64,000 nt of DNA from Spirochaetia bacterium (GTDB lineage: Bacteria; Spirochaetota; Spirochaetia; DSM-2461), in the NCBI GenBank assembly GCA_963668315.1, contig OY764216.1, positions 4,544,001 through 4,608,000 on the forward strand. The letters run 5' to 3'. The position numbers were made by a program, and so were the translations under genes. Positions within the stretch are counted from its first letter, which is position 1; each line of letters opens with the position of its first letter. The notes beneath the pieces were generated by a model. It made no database searches. It had not been told where the DNA came from and saw only the letters and a program-made list of their open reading frames with translations. Shown here piece by piece: positions 30,045 to 40,544 of the stretch.

Positions 30045-30192
30045 CGAATATCTCCTGCATTTTGATTAAAACTACTTCATCACTGGTAATTGATATTTAA
30101 GCAGTATCTATTACTATCACCTAACCTTGTTTTAAAATCCTTTATTTGAGAGTTAAAAGAGCTTAATAATAAAATCTTTCCTACCATTCTAT

Positions 30193-30864
30193 TTACTTAT
30201 CCCACCCATTTCTGAAAGCACGTAAAGCCAATCGCGTACGATCCGGTAAATTTATAATAGCCAGCAAATCAGAAACATAATTCTTCACTGTCCCTTCAGA
30301 GAGATTCATCTCAGAAGCGATCTCTCGGTTTGTAAATCCTTGCGCCAAACATTTAATAACCTTTTTTTCGCGGTCTGAAAAAGTCTCATAAAGAGTCTGC
30401 TCTTCTGGTGGAATCGCATTCGCATCTATTTCCTTATCATCATCTATACGATTGAGAAGTTTGGCCATGACTCCCGCCTCCATCTGAAACGTCCTGTTTT
30501 TTACCATATGGATGGCTTTCGCCAAATCATCAAGAGAGATATTTTTTTTTACGTAACCTAAAGCACCAGCTTTCAATGATTTTAAAACATATTCCTCATC
30601 ATCAAATGTAGTCAACATGAGGATATTGGCTTCGGAGTTTTCCTGCAGAATCCGCTCCACCGCAGTAATCCCATCCATGATAGGCATCCTTATATCCATC
30701 AATACCACGTCCGGCTTCAACTCTCTGTAAGCGATGAGTCCGTCTCTTCCGTTCTCCGCTGTCCCGATAACCTCAATGCCATCCTGCAGAATAAGCAGAG
30801 AAGCCAGCCCTTCGCGGACCAGCTGCTGATCATCCACTATCATAACCTTCACTTTCGACATCAT
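30193..30864 (-). CDS. NarL/LuxR-family response regulator
   Basis: VDDQ, DVVLMDIRMP and LSEGTVKNYVS motifs. Confidence 0.95.
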   Translation of the reverse strand: MMSKVKVMIVDDQQLVREGLASLLILQDGIEVIGTAENGRDGLIAYRELKPDVVLMDIRMPIMDGITAVERILQENSEANILMLTTFDDEEYVLKSLKAGALGYVKKNISLDDLAKAIHMVKNRTFQMEAGVMAKLLNRIDDDKEIDANAIPPEEQTLYETFSDREKKVIKCLAQGFTNREIASEMNLSEGTVKNYVSDLLAIINLPDRTRLALRAFRNGWDK

Positions 30865-30870
30865 CCCCTC

Positions 30871-32151
30871 CTATATCAGCGAGACCGGATCTTTCGGCGC
30901 CACAGCAATAATCTTAGTCCCCTCACCCGGAGCGGAGTTAATTGCAAGATAGCCCCTGACAAGTTCGAGACGCCTTCTCATGCCTATCAGCCCGTATCCT
31001 CCTGATTGCTTCGCCCTTTCAGACGCATCGGGAACGAATCCGCTTCCGTCATCGGCCAATTCCACCGTGGCATATCGATCTCCGAATTCCACGCTTATGG
31101 TAACGTTCTGCGCCCGGGAGTGCTTGAGTATATTCGTCACGCCTTCCTGGCAGAGCCGGTAGAGCCCCATCATAACGGAATAATTATACCCCTCCTCGCT
31201 GCCGGTAATCGAAGAATCAACCCGGATGCCCACGTCTTCCAGCAATTTGATCAGGCGGGGCAGCAGATGGACAAGCGATATATCGGCAATTTCTCCGTTC
31301 AGCCGGTCCAGGGAGGTCTGGACATCTTCCATGGCGTCATCGGTCGTCTCTTTCGCCGCTTTGATGGCATGCTGCGATTCCCCCGGATCTCTCTCGAAAT
31401 AGGCTTCCGCCTTCGCCAGCTGGATCTTGATCGCCGTCAGGGCATGGCCCAGGCTGTCATGGATATCCCTGGCTATACGGGTCCTCTCCTCCAGGGCCAC
31501 GGTCTGGGCTATCTGGTTCGCATACTCCCGGAGGGTTTTCTCCGATTTGCGCAAATCGGTCAGCAGATCATGTATCTTCTCCCTTTTCCTGGCTTCCTCG
31601 TCCAGGAGCCAGGCCAGAAAATAGAAGAAGAGAATGGAGATAGTGCGATAAGAGGTGACGCCGATCTGATTGCTGTCAAAGGGAAGCTGGTCGGTAAGTT
31701 CAGACGCTCTGATCATCATAGGAATCGTTGGAAAGAGCAGACAGAAGGCAAGAACGGAAAGACTGATTTTCCGGGAGAAGACGGAATAGGAGCAAAAGGG
31801 CAGAGCCGTCGTAAGCATTGTCGCAAGCATAGTCAGAGGACTGATTCCCAGCATGCTTTCCGAATCGAAATAGAACGTCCCGAGGAAGTAAGCCCCGCCG
31901 ATCAACAATACCCGGAGATAAAAAACCGTTCGGGATACGGTCAGATTGGTTCTCTCCTTTTCCCCGAAAAGATTTCCCAATTCCAGCCCGATGAAAACAA
32001 AAAGAAAGAAGCTGGGAAGGACAATATCCCTCACGCGGCTAATATCCGAACGGTTATTTTGCAGGTAGAAGAGAATACTCGGTGTGGAAAATACTATATA
32101 AAAAAGCAGAAGAAAGAAACTCAGCGTTTCCTGACCTTGCCTTCGCTGCAT
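30871..32151 (-). CDS. Membrane sensor histidine kinase (HisKA_3)
   Basis: ERTRIARDIHDSLGH, EGVTNILKH and DDGSGF motifs. Confidence 0.95.
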   Translation of the reverse strand: MQRRQGQETLSFFLLLFYIVFSTPSILFYLQNNRSDISRVRDIVLPSFFLFVFIGLELGNLFGEKERTNLTVSRTVFYLRVLLIGGAYFLGTFYFDSESMLGISPLTMLATMLTTALPFCSYSVFSRKISLSVLAFCLLFPTIPMMIRASELTDQLPFDSNQIGVTSYRTISILFFYFLAWLLDEEARKREKIHDLLTDLRKSEKTLREYANQIAQTVALEERTRIARDIHDSLGHALTAIKIQLAKAEAYFERDPGESQHAIKAAKETTDDAMEDVQTSLDRLNGEIADISLVHLLPRLIKLLEDVGIRVDSSITGSEEGYNYSVMMGLYRLCQEGVTNILKHSRAQNVTISVEFGDRYATVELADDGSGFVPDASERAKQSGGYGLIGMRRRLELVRGYLAINSAPGEGTKIIAVAPKDPVSLI

Positions 32152-32221
32152 ACGGGGCCTCCTTTTTTCCTAAGTATAATCGATGTGACGGTCCTATCAA
32201 AGGAAATAAGCCATTCTATGG

Positions 32222-32283
32222 CATGACCATGCTCAGGAAGCCGACCTGACTTATGGCAGGTTAAATTCCTGACCTATTACAGG
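32222..32283. promoter_or_regulatory. Three phased CMTGAC-N6-CAGG boxes (probable response-regulator sites)
   Basis: Copies start at 32222, 32245 and 32268, an exact 23-bp period. Confidence 0.65.
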
Positions 32284-32364
32284 AGCTTTCCTGTACAATT
32301 TCACTACATCTTCGCCGGAAACAATGAGATCCTTGTTATAGATCATGAAAACAGGAGATTATGC

Positions 32365-33699
32365 ATGAGAAAAATAACGGCTATACCGATTCTATTGCTG
32401 GCGACCGCATTCTTTCTTTGGTCGGACCCCCTGGTCCTGGACAGAGATACTTGCGTGAATCTGGCCTTGGAAAAAAATCCCGATTTCCTTATATCGGGAA
32501 TCGAACTCGACGCGGCGGACAGAGAGTACCGGAACTCATGGAACTCTTTTCTACCCGAGGTTTCAGCCACGGTGGGTCTTTCGGAAAGCAATTCCCTTTT
32601 CGACAGCCGGGATTTGGATACGAGCTGGAGTTTCTCCGGGTCTCTGGATCTGAGTTTGAATCTCTCCGCCGGAATGGCGAACACCATCAAGAGCATCCGC
32701 CTCGCCTACGAAAGCGAGCAAATAGATTTCGAATTGGCCAGAATCAGCCTGATCAGTCAGGTGGAAAGCGGCTTCTACTATCTACTGGCCAGCAGAAAGG
32801 ATATGGAGATTGAAAAGAACAACCTCGACCTGGCTGTCAAACGGTACGAACAGACGAAAACCAACTTCGAAAACGGCTTCACGTCGGAGCTCTCCGTTCT
32901 CCAGGCGCGGGTTAGCGCTGAAAACCTGAAGCCCGATTACCTTCAGACTACAGCCGATTACGACGCGGAGATAAGGGATTTTCTCATTATACTGGGCCTT
33001 AATCCGGACACGGAGGTGGTTCTCGAAGGCGACCTGAAGACCGAGATCCTGATGTTTGACAAGGAAAAACTTATCGACACCTACATAGGAAACAGACAGG
33101 ATATCCGCTCCCTGCAGAACAGTTTGGAATCGGCCAAGAACACAAAAAGCATGACCGCGCTTGACAGTAAGGCTCCTTCGGTCCAGCTGTCAGCCGGATG
33201 GAACACGAACGTATCGGACGCATTCGAGAACGAATCCTGGGATTCCGGCTCCTGGCAAGACGGGGTTTCCCTGGGCGCTTATCTCGTCATTCCCTTGGAC
33301 GACTGGGTCCCCGGTTCCTCAACGGACACCACGCTCCAGTCCCTGGAAGACAGCATCGAATCGGTCGCCATCAATCTGGCGAAAACCACCGATACGGCCC
33401 GGGCGGAGATAATCAACCTGGTGGACCAGCTGGAGACGACCGCTTCCCAGCTGACACTTTCGGAACTCAACGTGGAACTGGCCCTGGAATCGTACAGAAG
33501 GACCGAGGACAGCTACGCGAAGGGGTCCACGGAAAGGCTTGACGTGGAAGACGCCCAGCAGGATTACCAATCGGCGGAGCAGTCCTATATCTTAAGCCAG
33601 TATAACTATATATCGGGTCTGATCAGCCTCCGGACGGCCCTAGGGCTGGAAGAGACGGAAGAACTGATAGCTTTTACACAGAATACATCCCGAAATTAA
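32365..33699 (+). CDS. TolC-family outer membrane efflux protein
   Basis: Signal peptide; ALEKNP motif; two OEP-like helical repeats. Confidence 0.9.
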   Translation: MRKITAIPILLLATAFFLWSDPLVLDRDTCVNLALEKNPDFLISGIELDAADREYRNSWNSFLPEVSATVGLSESNSLFDSRDLDTSWSFSGSLDLSLNLSAGMANTIKSIRLAYESEQIDFELARISLISQVESGFYYLLASRKDMEIEKNNLDLAVKRYEQTKTNFENGFTSELSVLQARVSAENLKPDYLQTTADYDAEIRDFLIILGLNPDTEVVLEGDLKTEILMFDKEKLIDTYIGNRQDIRSLQNSLESAKNTKSMTALDSKAPSVQLSAGWNTNVSDAFENESWDSGSWQDGVSLGAYLVIPLDDWVPGSSTDTTLQSLEDSIESVAINLAKTTDTARAEIINLVDQLETTASQLTLSELNVELALESYRRTEDSYAKGSTERLDVEDAQQDYQSAEQSYILSQYNYISGLISLRTALGLEETEELIAFTQNTSRN

Positions 33700-33709
33700 G
33701 GAGATTGCC

Positions 33710-34708
33710 ATGAAAAAGGACAAGAAGGAAAAGAAAGAGAAAAAACCTCTGGGCGACAGAATTATGCAGATTGTTCTGCTGGGACTCATCGCTCTGGGAA
33801 TATTCACCATACCAGCCATGGTCGGCGGCGGTCCCGGAGCAGGGAGTGGCGGCCCCGGCGGAATGCCCGGCGGCGGCATGCCGGGAGGAGATATGCCGGC
33901 CATGGCCGGGGAAGAGGGCGACACCAAAGCGGTCGCCGTGGACGCGGCGGAAGTCGGTCTTTCGATGATCAGGGAGTACATCCGGGTGAACGGCGACGTG
34001 TCCCCCACCGCCTCGGTGAACCTCTACCCCGACGTATCCGGAGAGATCGTTTCGGTCCCCGTAACCATCGGGGACACGGTCTACAAAGGGCAGACAATAG
34101 CCGTGGTCGATCCGTCCCTACCCGGCCAGATATACAGCACAAGCAAGATGGATACCACGATAAGCGGTACCGTCACGGCTCTGAATTACGACATAGGCGA
34201 GACCGTGACGACCTCAACGGCTATCGCTACGGTGGGCAACCTGAACGAGCTGGAGATAGTCACCTACGTGCCGGAAAGGTACTCCGACTCCATACATACG
34301 GGGCTTAAGGCGGAGACCATGTTCGACGCATTCTCCGACGAAACCTTCACCGCCACGGTGACAGAAGTCAATCCCGTGCTGGATACATCCTCCCGTACGG
34401 TAAAGGTAACCCTGTCCCTGGATGGATCAGACAGACGGATTAAGGTAGGCATGTTCGCATCGATCAGACTCATTATCAAAGAAGAGGCCGACGTCGTTTC
34501 AGTTCCCGCCTCGGCTCTGACAAAGAATTACGAACAGAATGTAGTCTACGTCGTGGAAGACGGTATCGCCCGGATGCAAGAAGTGGAAGTGGGTCTGACC
34601 TCAGATGAGAACGTTCAGATAACAGAAGGCCTCTCTTTGGGAGAAAAGGTCATCACCCGGGGATTATCCGGCGTCGTGGACGGCTCTTCTGTCCGGATTG
34701 TCAATTAG
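33710..34708 (+). CDS. RND periplasmic adaptor (MFP)
   Basis: One TM segment, a Gly/Pro/Met linker, lipoyl-like halves and GMFA. Confidence 0.92.
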   Translation: MKKDKKEKKEKKPLGDRIMQIVLLGLIALGIFTIPAMVGGGPGAGSGGPGGMPGGGMPGGDMPAMAGEEGDTKAVAVDAAEVGLSMIREYIRVNGDVSPTASVNLYPDVSGEIVSVPVTIGDTVYKGQTIAVVDPSLPGQIYSTSKMDTTISGTVTALNYDIGETVTTSTAIATVGNLNELEIVTYVPERYSDSIHTGLKAETMFDAFSDETFTATVTEVNPVLDTSSRTVKVTLSLDGSDRRIKVGMFASIRLIIKEEADVVSVPASALTKNYEQNVVYVVEDGIARMQEVEVGLTSDENVQITEGLSLGEKVITRGLSGVVDGSSVRIVN

Positions 34709-34717
34709 GAGGCAAGA

Positions 34718-37700
34718 ATGAATATATCGGAACTTGCGGTTAGAAGGCCGGTCACCATAGGCATCATCACGGTCCTGCTGGTGAGCATGGCCTTTTTCAT
34801 GATACCCAAACTGGCCGTGGCCATGATTCCCGACGTGGAAGCGCCCGTCGTTCTCGTCAGAACGTCCTATAGCGGAGCCAATCCCCTGGAAGTGGAGCAG
34901 AGCATAACGGAAATTCTCGAAAAGCAGCTCTCAGACGTGAGCGGCCTTAAATCGGTTACGTCCACGTCCTCTTCGGGAAGCAGCATCATCGTCCTGGAAT
35001 TCGGTTACGACAAGGATCTGACCGAAGCGGTCAACGATATCCGGGATTCCCTGGAAGGGGCCACGGACATGCTGCCCGACGACGCGGATTCGCCGGTCAT
35101 AATGAAGATAGACCTTAACAGCGAACCCATCATGAAGCTTATCATGGAGGGGGACGAATCGGCTGACACGATGAAGTGGCTGGCCGAAGATACGGTCCAG
35201 CCCCTCCTCGAGCGGATCGAGGGTGTGTCATCCGCCGACGTTACCGGTGGGGAAACGAGAGCCATACGGGTCGATCTTTCCCTTAACCGGCTGGAAGCCT
35301 ACGGCTTGACGGTTAGCCAGATCACTTCAGCCCTTTCTTCGCAGAATCTCCAGATGTCCGGGGGAACCCTTAATCTGGACAACCTCAACTACGACCTGAA
35401 AGTGGATGAGGAGTACGCCACGGTAGAAGAGATCGCCCGCACCGTGGTGGCGACCCTGAACCCTGAACTGGAACCGGGCGAGTCGGTGAACCGGTCCAGC
35501 ATAGTCCGTCTCGAGGACGTGGCCCATGTCTACGAGGGCTACGAGGAGAAGGAAAGCCTCTTCTATGTGAACGGCAAGCCGGCTATTTCCATAGAAATAA
35601 ATAACGAAAGCGACACCAATACGGTGAACGTAGCCAACTCGGTCAAGGAAGTTCTTCCCACGATCAACGAAAGCCTGCCCGAAGGGGTTAGCATCAAAAT
35701 ACTCGTGGACGATACGGACTATATAAACTCCGTTCTGAATCAGGTCTACTCATCGGCCTGGCAGGGAATCATTCTGGCCATGGCCATTCTTTTTCTCTTT
35801 CTCAGGAACTTGAGAAGCACCTTGATCATAGGCCTTTCCATTCCCGTTTCCATAATCATTACTCTCATGTTCATGTACTTCTTCGATATTACCCTGAACA
35901 TGATGTCCCTGACCGGGCTCATACTGGGGCTGGGCATGATCGTGGACAACTCCATAGTTATTCTGGAGAACATCCACCAGTACAGGGAGAGGGGGGCCAA
36001 GCTGAAGCCTTCCGCCATTCTCGGTTCCCAGGAGATGATCAATTCCATCACCGCGTCCACGCTGACGACGCTCTGCGTCTTCCTTCCCATGATCATCTGG
36101 AAGGACGGCCTTGAGATGATCGGAGAGATGTTCAGCGACATGATGTTCACCGTGGTCATCAGCCTGGTGGTCTCCTACCTGACCGCCGTGGCCCTCGTCC
36201 CCGCCCTGAGCAGCAAGTTCATCAAACTCTATACCCATAAGCAGCGCCCCATAAAGAATCACGTCCTTACAAAACTGGACCGACTGGGAAGCTCCGCTCT
36301 CGAAGGGATTGAGCGAGGATACAAAACCGGACTCGGCTTTGCTCTCAGGAACAGGCTCATGGTTATCACCTTGATCGTCGTCGCCCTCGTCTTCTCTATC
36401 GCCGGATTTTCCACTCTGGGCATATCCATCTTCCCCACGGACGATTCGGACGATTCGGTCATCATCGATGTGGAGATGCCCGTGGGAACGGACCTGGACA
36501 AAACGGAAGAAGTCCTCCTCCAGCTGAAGGATATCGTGACCGAAGAAATTACCGGATACGAGGAGCTGATTTTGTCTGTAGGCGGCTCGGGAATGTTCAG
36601 TTCAGGATCGACCAATGAGGGTTCCATAGAAATAACCCTGCCCGATCTGGAGGACCAGACCATTACGGCGGCGGAGATAGAGAACATACTCCGTCCCTAT
36701 ATCTCCCTCTTTCCAGATGCGGAGATAACCTTTGACTCGGGACAAGACTTCGGCTCCGGTAGCCCAGTAGACCTGGTCATCTACTCCAACGATTTGGATC
36801 TGGCCAGCGAAACGGCTACGACGATAAAGAATCTCATAAAGGAGCTTCCCGAGATCGTCGATCCCGTAACCGATATGGATGACGGTTCGCCGGAATACCG
36901 CGTAGTCATAGATAAGGACAGGGCTGCCGTCTACGGTCTTTCTGTCCAGGAAGTGGCCAGCGTCATAAACGGTCTCGTGGACGGGAGCACGCCCACCACC
37001 TATTGGGACGATTCGGAAGAGCTGGACGTGATCGTGCAGCTGGCCGAGGAGGACCGGGCGGGACTGCCCGACCTGGATGCTATCTACATCCTCACCGGAT
37101 CGGGGCAGAAGATATCCCTATCCAACCTGGCAACCTACACCCTGAGCGTGGGGCCGAAGGATATCAGCCGGGAAGACGAGACCAGAACGGTCCACGTCAC
37201 GGCCGATCTCACGCCCGGCGTAGGAGCGAACCAAATCCAGCCCCAGATCCAGTCCCTTCTGGACGAGAAGCTGATTCTGCCCGACGGCGTTTCCTATGAA
37301 TTCGCCGGAGACCAGATGGACTTCAAGGATATGGTCCCCACTCTGATCACGGTTTTCGTGGTGGCCCTTCTGATGATATTCGCCATCATGGCCAGCCAGT
37401 TCGAATCCCTGGCCGACCCGTTCATTATCTTCTTTTCCATTCCGCTCCTTCTGATAGGAGTTATGGGGATCTATCTGGTATCGGGCGCCGTGTTCAGCCT
37501 CTTCTCCTTCATAGGAATGGTTGTTCTCATGGGTATCGTCGTTAACAACGGTATCGTCATGGTGGACTACATGAACCTTCTGAGAAAGAGGGGTTACGGT
37601 CTTGACGAGGCGGTCATGGAGGGAGCCGTCAGCCGTCTCAGACCTGTTCTCATGACCAGTCTGACCACGATTCTCTCCATGGTGCCCATGGGATTCTTCC

Positions 37701-37879
37701 CCGGAGAAGGAACGGACATGATCCAGCCCATCGGGCAGACGATCGTGGGCGGGCTGACGTCCAGTACGCTCATCACCCTGTTTATCACGCCGGTCGTGTA
37801 TACCCTGGTGAACAGGGAAAAGAAAATTAAGAAATCCGACGCCGGTCCCGAAGAACCGGCCGGTAAGGCGATTGCATGA
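34718..37879 (+). CDS. RND efflux permease (AcrB/AcrD/AcrF family)
   Basis: 1053 aa; GMIVDNSIV, GIVVNNGIV and RLRPVLMT motifs. Confidence 0.95.
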   Translation: MNISELAVRRPVTIGIITVLLVSMAFFMIPKLAVAMIPDVEAPVVLVRTSYSGANPLEVEQSITEILEKQLSDVSGLKSVTSTSSSGSSIIVLEFGYDKDLTEAVNDIRDSLEGATDMLPDDADSPVIMKIDLNSEPIMKLIMEGDESADTMKWLAEDTVQPLLERIEGVSSADVTGGETRAIRVDLSLNRLEAYGLTVSQITSALSSQNLQMSGGTLNLDNLNYDLKVDEEYATVEEIARTVVATLNPELEPGESVNRSSIVRLEDVAHVYEGYEEKESLFYVNGKPAISIEINNESDTNTVNVANSVKEVLPTINESLPEGVSIKILVDDTDYINSVLNQVYSSAWQGIILAMAILFLFLRNLRSTLIIGLSIPVSIIITLMFMYFFDITLNMMSLTGLILGLGMIVDNSIVILENIHQYRERGAKLKPSAILGSQEMINSITASTLTTLCVFLPMIIWKDGLEMIGEMFSDMMFTVVISLVVSYLTAVALVPALSSKFIKLYTHKQRPIKNHVLTKLDRLGSSALEGIERGYKTGLGFALRNRLMVITLIVVALVFSIAGFSTLGISIFPTDDSDDSVIIDVEMPVGTDLDKTEEVLLQLKDIVTEEITGYEELILSVGGSGMFSSGSTNEGSIEITLPDLEDQTITAAEIENILRPYISLFPDAEITFDSGQDFGSGSPVDLVIYSNDLDLASETATTIKNLIKELPEIVDPVTDMDDGSPEYRVVIDKDRAAVYGLSVQEVASVINGLVDGSTPTTYWDDSEELDVIVQLAEEDRAGLPDLDAIYILTGSGQKISLSNLATYTLSVGPKDISREDETRTVHVTADLTPGVGANQIQPQIQSLLDEKLILPDGVSYEFAGDQMDFKDMVPTLITVFVVALLMIFAIMASQFESLADPFIIFFSIPLLLIGVMGIYLVSGAVFSLFSFIGMVVLMGIVVNNGIVMVDYMNLLRKRGYGLDEAVMEGAVSRLRPVLMTSLTTILSMVPMGFFPGEGTDMIQPIGQTIVGGLTSSTLITLFITPVVYTLVNREKKIKKSDAGPEEPAGKAIA

Positions 37880-38169
37880 AAAAAATAGAAATTGTAGCGA
37901 ACCAGGCCGTCGAGGAAGATATAGTCGAACTTCTGACCGAACTGGGATACGGAGAATCCTTCACCTACCAGCATCCCGTCTTCGGGCGGGGCAAAAGGGG
38001 CCGCCGGGAAGGATCGGCGATCTGGCCCGAAACGAATGTCATGTTCCTCCTCTATTTTGACGGAAGTGATGTGGATTCTTTCTTGAAGAGCTTCAGGGAA
38101 CTTAAGAACCGTTTCCCGGAAGAAGGCATAAAATGCTGGATTGGCGACGGATTATATGAGACTCTGTAG
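37876..38169 (+). CDS. PG0541-like transporter-associated P-II-fold protein
   Basis: ATGA overlap with the RND gene; VFGRGKRGRREGSAIWPETN. Confidence 0.75.
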   Translation: MKKIEIVANQAVEEDIVELLTELGYGESFTYQHPVFGRGKRGRREGSAIWPETNVMFLLYFDGSDVDSFLKSFRELKNRFPEEGIKCWIGDGLYETL

Positions 38170-38301
38170 ATGATTGTCATAATCTTTATTCTGTTCTCTC
38201 TGATAATACCGGGAGAACGGAATCATAGTGAGCAGGAGCTGAAAGGATCCAATACTTCAACCAGTCTAACTGGGGAGCAAATGAAAGAAGCTCAATTATA
38301 A
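38170..38301 (+). CDS. Putative 43-aa small protein with a hydrophobic N-terminus
   Basis: The ATG abuts the previous stop (TAGATG). Starts MIVIIFILFSLIIPG and ends just before the terminator. Confidence 0.35.
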   Translation: MIVIIFILFSLIIPGERNHSEQELKGSNTSTSLTGEQMKEAQL

Positions 38302-38309
38302 TCTCTCCG

Positions 38310-38343
38310 GAGCATAAGCCTTATGGGCCTATGCTCTTTTTTC
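38310..38343 (+). terminator. Intrinsic terminator of the RND operon
   Basis: gagcata...tatgctc stem followed by a T tract. Confidence 0.7.
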
Positions 38344-38396
38344 TTTGGCAATCGGCATAGCATCGGCTACAATATAAGTATGAGTTCTGAAAAAAA

Positions 38397-39650
38397 ATGT
38401 TTATCTCCCTCCAGTACAAAATCTCTTTTATCGTTTTCTGTTCCTGCCTGTTCGTTCTCCTGTCGGTGACGATTTTAACCCCCATCTTTATTTCAAATCA
38501 AATTGAAAAAGATATAAAGACTCATCTGAACGCTGAAATCGGCGCTATTCTTCTTGCGTTTATACAAGAGCAGGAAGATACCACCTGGGGAACAATTCAA
38601 TCGGCCCAGGCCTTCGCCGTGCAATTCTCTATACAGGACCTCACCCTTATCGAGGGTCTGGAACATATCCCTTTTCCCCGGAATAATCCAGGCGAACCTC
38701 CTTCTCCGGGGGACCGTCTTTTTTTTCGTCTGGCCGATATGAACGGCTTTGCCCTTCTGGGGTTCGATGAATACCCGGCGGGGTCGCAGATCCCTGCCGG
38801 AGAATTGAACAGATTCTCGCCTTTGTACGTTAAAGACAAACCGGCAGCATATATTTATTATCTGTCCCCCCCGCCCATGACCCGGAAGAATGAAGCACTC
38901 GTAGAATCGATGAAGAACACCATGAAGATCGGATTTTATATTGCCCTTATCGTCGCCCTTCTTGTCGGAATTGTATCCGGTTCAGGTATAACGAAGTCCT
39001 TGAGGCACCTGACCGAAATGGCCGCTAGTCTGAAAGAAGGATTAAGGGGACAGCAGATAAGAGAGATCAACTCCCGAGACGAAATCGGCCGATTGGCAAA
39101 AGTGCTGAATGAAATGAGCATTGAACTGGAAAAATCCCACAGGACAATAAAGGAGCTGGCCCTGACCGACGAACTGACAGGCTTGTACAACCGCCGGTTT
39201 TTCAATGAACAGATTAAGATTCTCGCTTCCAACGCCCATCGCTATGATCATAATCTGACAGTAGTTCTGGGAGATGTGGACCATTTCAAAAAGGTCAATG
39301 ATAATTTCTCCCATACCGTCGGAGACAAGGTGCTCACCCGCATAAGCGCAATTATCCAGGAGGGCGTCAGGGAAGGAGATCTCACGACCCGCTACGGAGG
39401 GGAAGAGATTGTCATTGTCCTTTCAGAATCGGACAGAGAAGAATCGGTTCGGATCATAGAGAGGATCAGGCAGAGCATAGAGTCCTGGCGATGGGAGGAG
39501 ATCGCTCCGGGGCTTAAGGTGACGATGAGCTTTGGCGTCTGTACGCTGAAAGCTCCTGAATCCTACCGGGAAATGGTGGAAGAGGCGGACAGGAGGCTAT
39601 ATATCGCGAAGGATTCGGGGAGGAACCGGGTAGTCGCCGAAGGAATATAA
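38397..39650 (+). CDS. HAMP-GGDEF diguanylate cyclase
   Basis: Two TM segments, HAMP, DELTGLYNRR, DVDHFKKVND and RYGGEEI. Confidence 0.92.
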   Translation: MFISLQYKISFIVFCSCLFVLLSVTILTPIFISNQIEKDIKTHLNAEIGAILLAFIQEQEDTTWGTIQSAQAFAVQFSIQDLTLIEGLEHIPFPRNNPGEPPSPGDRLFFRLADMNGFALLGFDEYPAGSQIPAGELNRFSPLYVKDKPAAYIYYLSPPPMTRKNEALVESMKNTMKIGFYIALIVALLVGIVSGSGITKSLRHLTEMAASLKEGLRGQQIREINSRDEIGRLAKVLNEMSIELEKSHRTIKELALTDELTGLYNRRFFNEQIKILASNAHRYDHNLTVVLGDVDHFKKVNDNFSHTVGDKVLTRISAIIQEGVREGDLTTRYGGEEIVIVLSESDREESVRIIERIRQSIESWRWEEIAPGLKVTMSFGVCTLKAPESYREMVEEADRRLYIAKDSGRNRVVAEGI

Positions 39651-39673
39651 GGCGTCGATTGCCGTAGAACCGG

Positions 39674-40438
39674 TTAGCTCTTATCCTCCTGGGAATTCAG
39701 AATCAGAACACCGATCCATACGACCAGTAGGGAAAGTAGAACTGATCCAAGAGCTCCAAGATTTGTAACCGCTTTGTTCATGCTGGAGGAGATAGCGAAC
39801 CATGCGGGAAGAGACGGCGCGCCGTGGACAATGAAAACGAGCATGGGAAGGACGGGGAGGAATATCCATTCTCTGGCGCCTTTCAATATGTGGGAATGCA
39901 AGAGATAGACCAGAATCGTCAGACTGAGGATTGAGCTTCCATTGACAAATCCCCACCAGAGGGGAACCGTTCCGAAAAGCTTTACCGGCTGGTTAGAGCC
40001 GTAGTAGGTCCAGACGCCCAGTTTAACGAAAACCAGTTCCACGAGAAAAGCTCCCAGTACGGATACAGCGTAGGCAATCCACCATTTCCGGGGTGTAAAT
40101 CGGCCTTTCTTGAGCATGAACTCGATGATCAGTACTACGGGTATGGCGAAATACCAGGAATAGGCCAACATCGTCCAAACCGGGATCGGTCGGTCCAATA
40201 CGTTGACCGCTACGATCTGCCCGGTCTGGGGATGAAGACAATGCCCCAGAAGATTATTGACCGCTTCATAGGGGATCGCTATAAGCGAACCGATCAGGAC
40301 GAACAGGGGGTAGAGGGTTTTATCCTGGTTATACTTGACAATACTGTAGACAAGCATCGCCAGAACTCCGCCCCCCCAAAAGAAAATAGAGACGGTCTGG
40401 AACGTCTGCGGCATAACCGCAACGGGTGTTTCAATCAT
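39674..40438 (-). CDS. Integral membrane protein with two E...G...P half-repeats (CruF/AveC-like architecture)
   Basis: ~7 TM segments; PYEAVNNLLG...PIPVW and VELVFVKLGVWTYYG...VPLWW. Confidence 0.6.
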   Translation of the reverse strand: MIETPVAVMPQTFQTVSIFFWGGGVLAMLVYSIVKYNQDKTLYPLFVLIGSLIAIPYEAVNNLLGHCLHPQTGQIVAVNVLDRPIPVWTMLAYSWYFAIPVVLIIEFMLKKGRFTPRKWWIAYAVSVLGAFLVELVFVKLGVWTYYGSNQPVKLFGTVPLWWGFVNGSSILSLTILVYLLHSHILKGAREWIFLPVLPMLVFIVHGAPSLPAWFAISSSMNKAVTNLGALGSVLLSLLVVWIGVLILNSQEDKS

Positions 40439-40544
40439 TTTAAACTCCGGTTAAGTAATTTCCGAAAGTTTACGGTGTAATTGAAAAGGATTGAAGGACA
40501 AAAGAATCGGGCCTGTATCCTAAGTAACAAAGAAGCGAAAAATG

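Noticed and set aside
31006..32226. 406-aa plus-strand ORF
   Set aside because: Antisense shadow of the histidine kinase in GC-rich DNA; no recognisable motifs.
33820..33910. GGC-rich tandem-like repeats
   Set aside because: They encode the Gly/Pro/Met linker of the adaptor protein and are not an independent DNA element.
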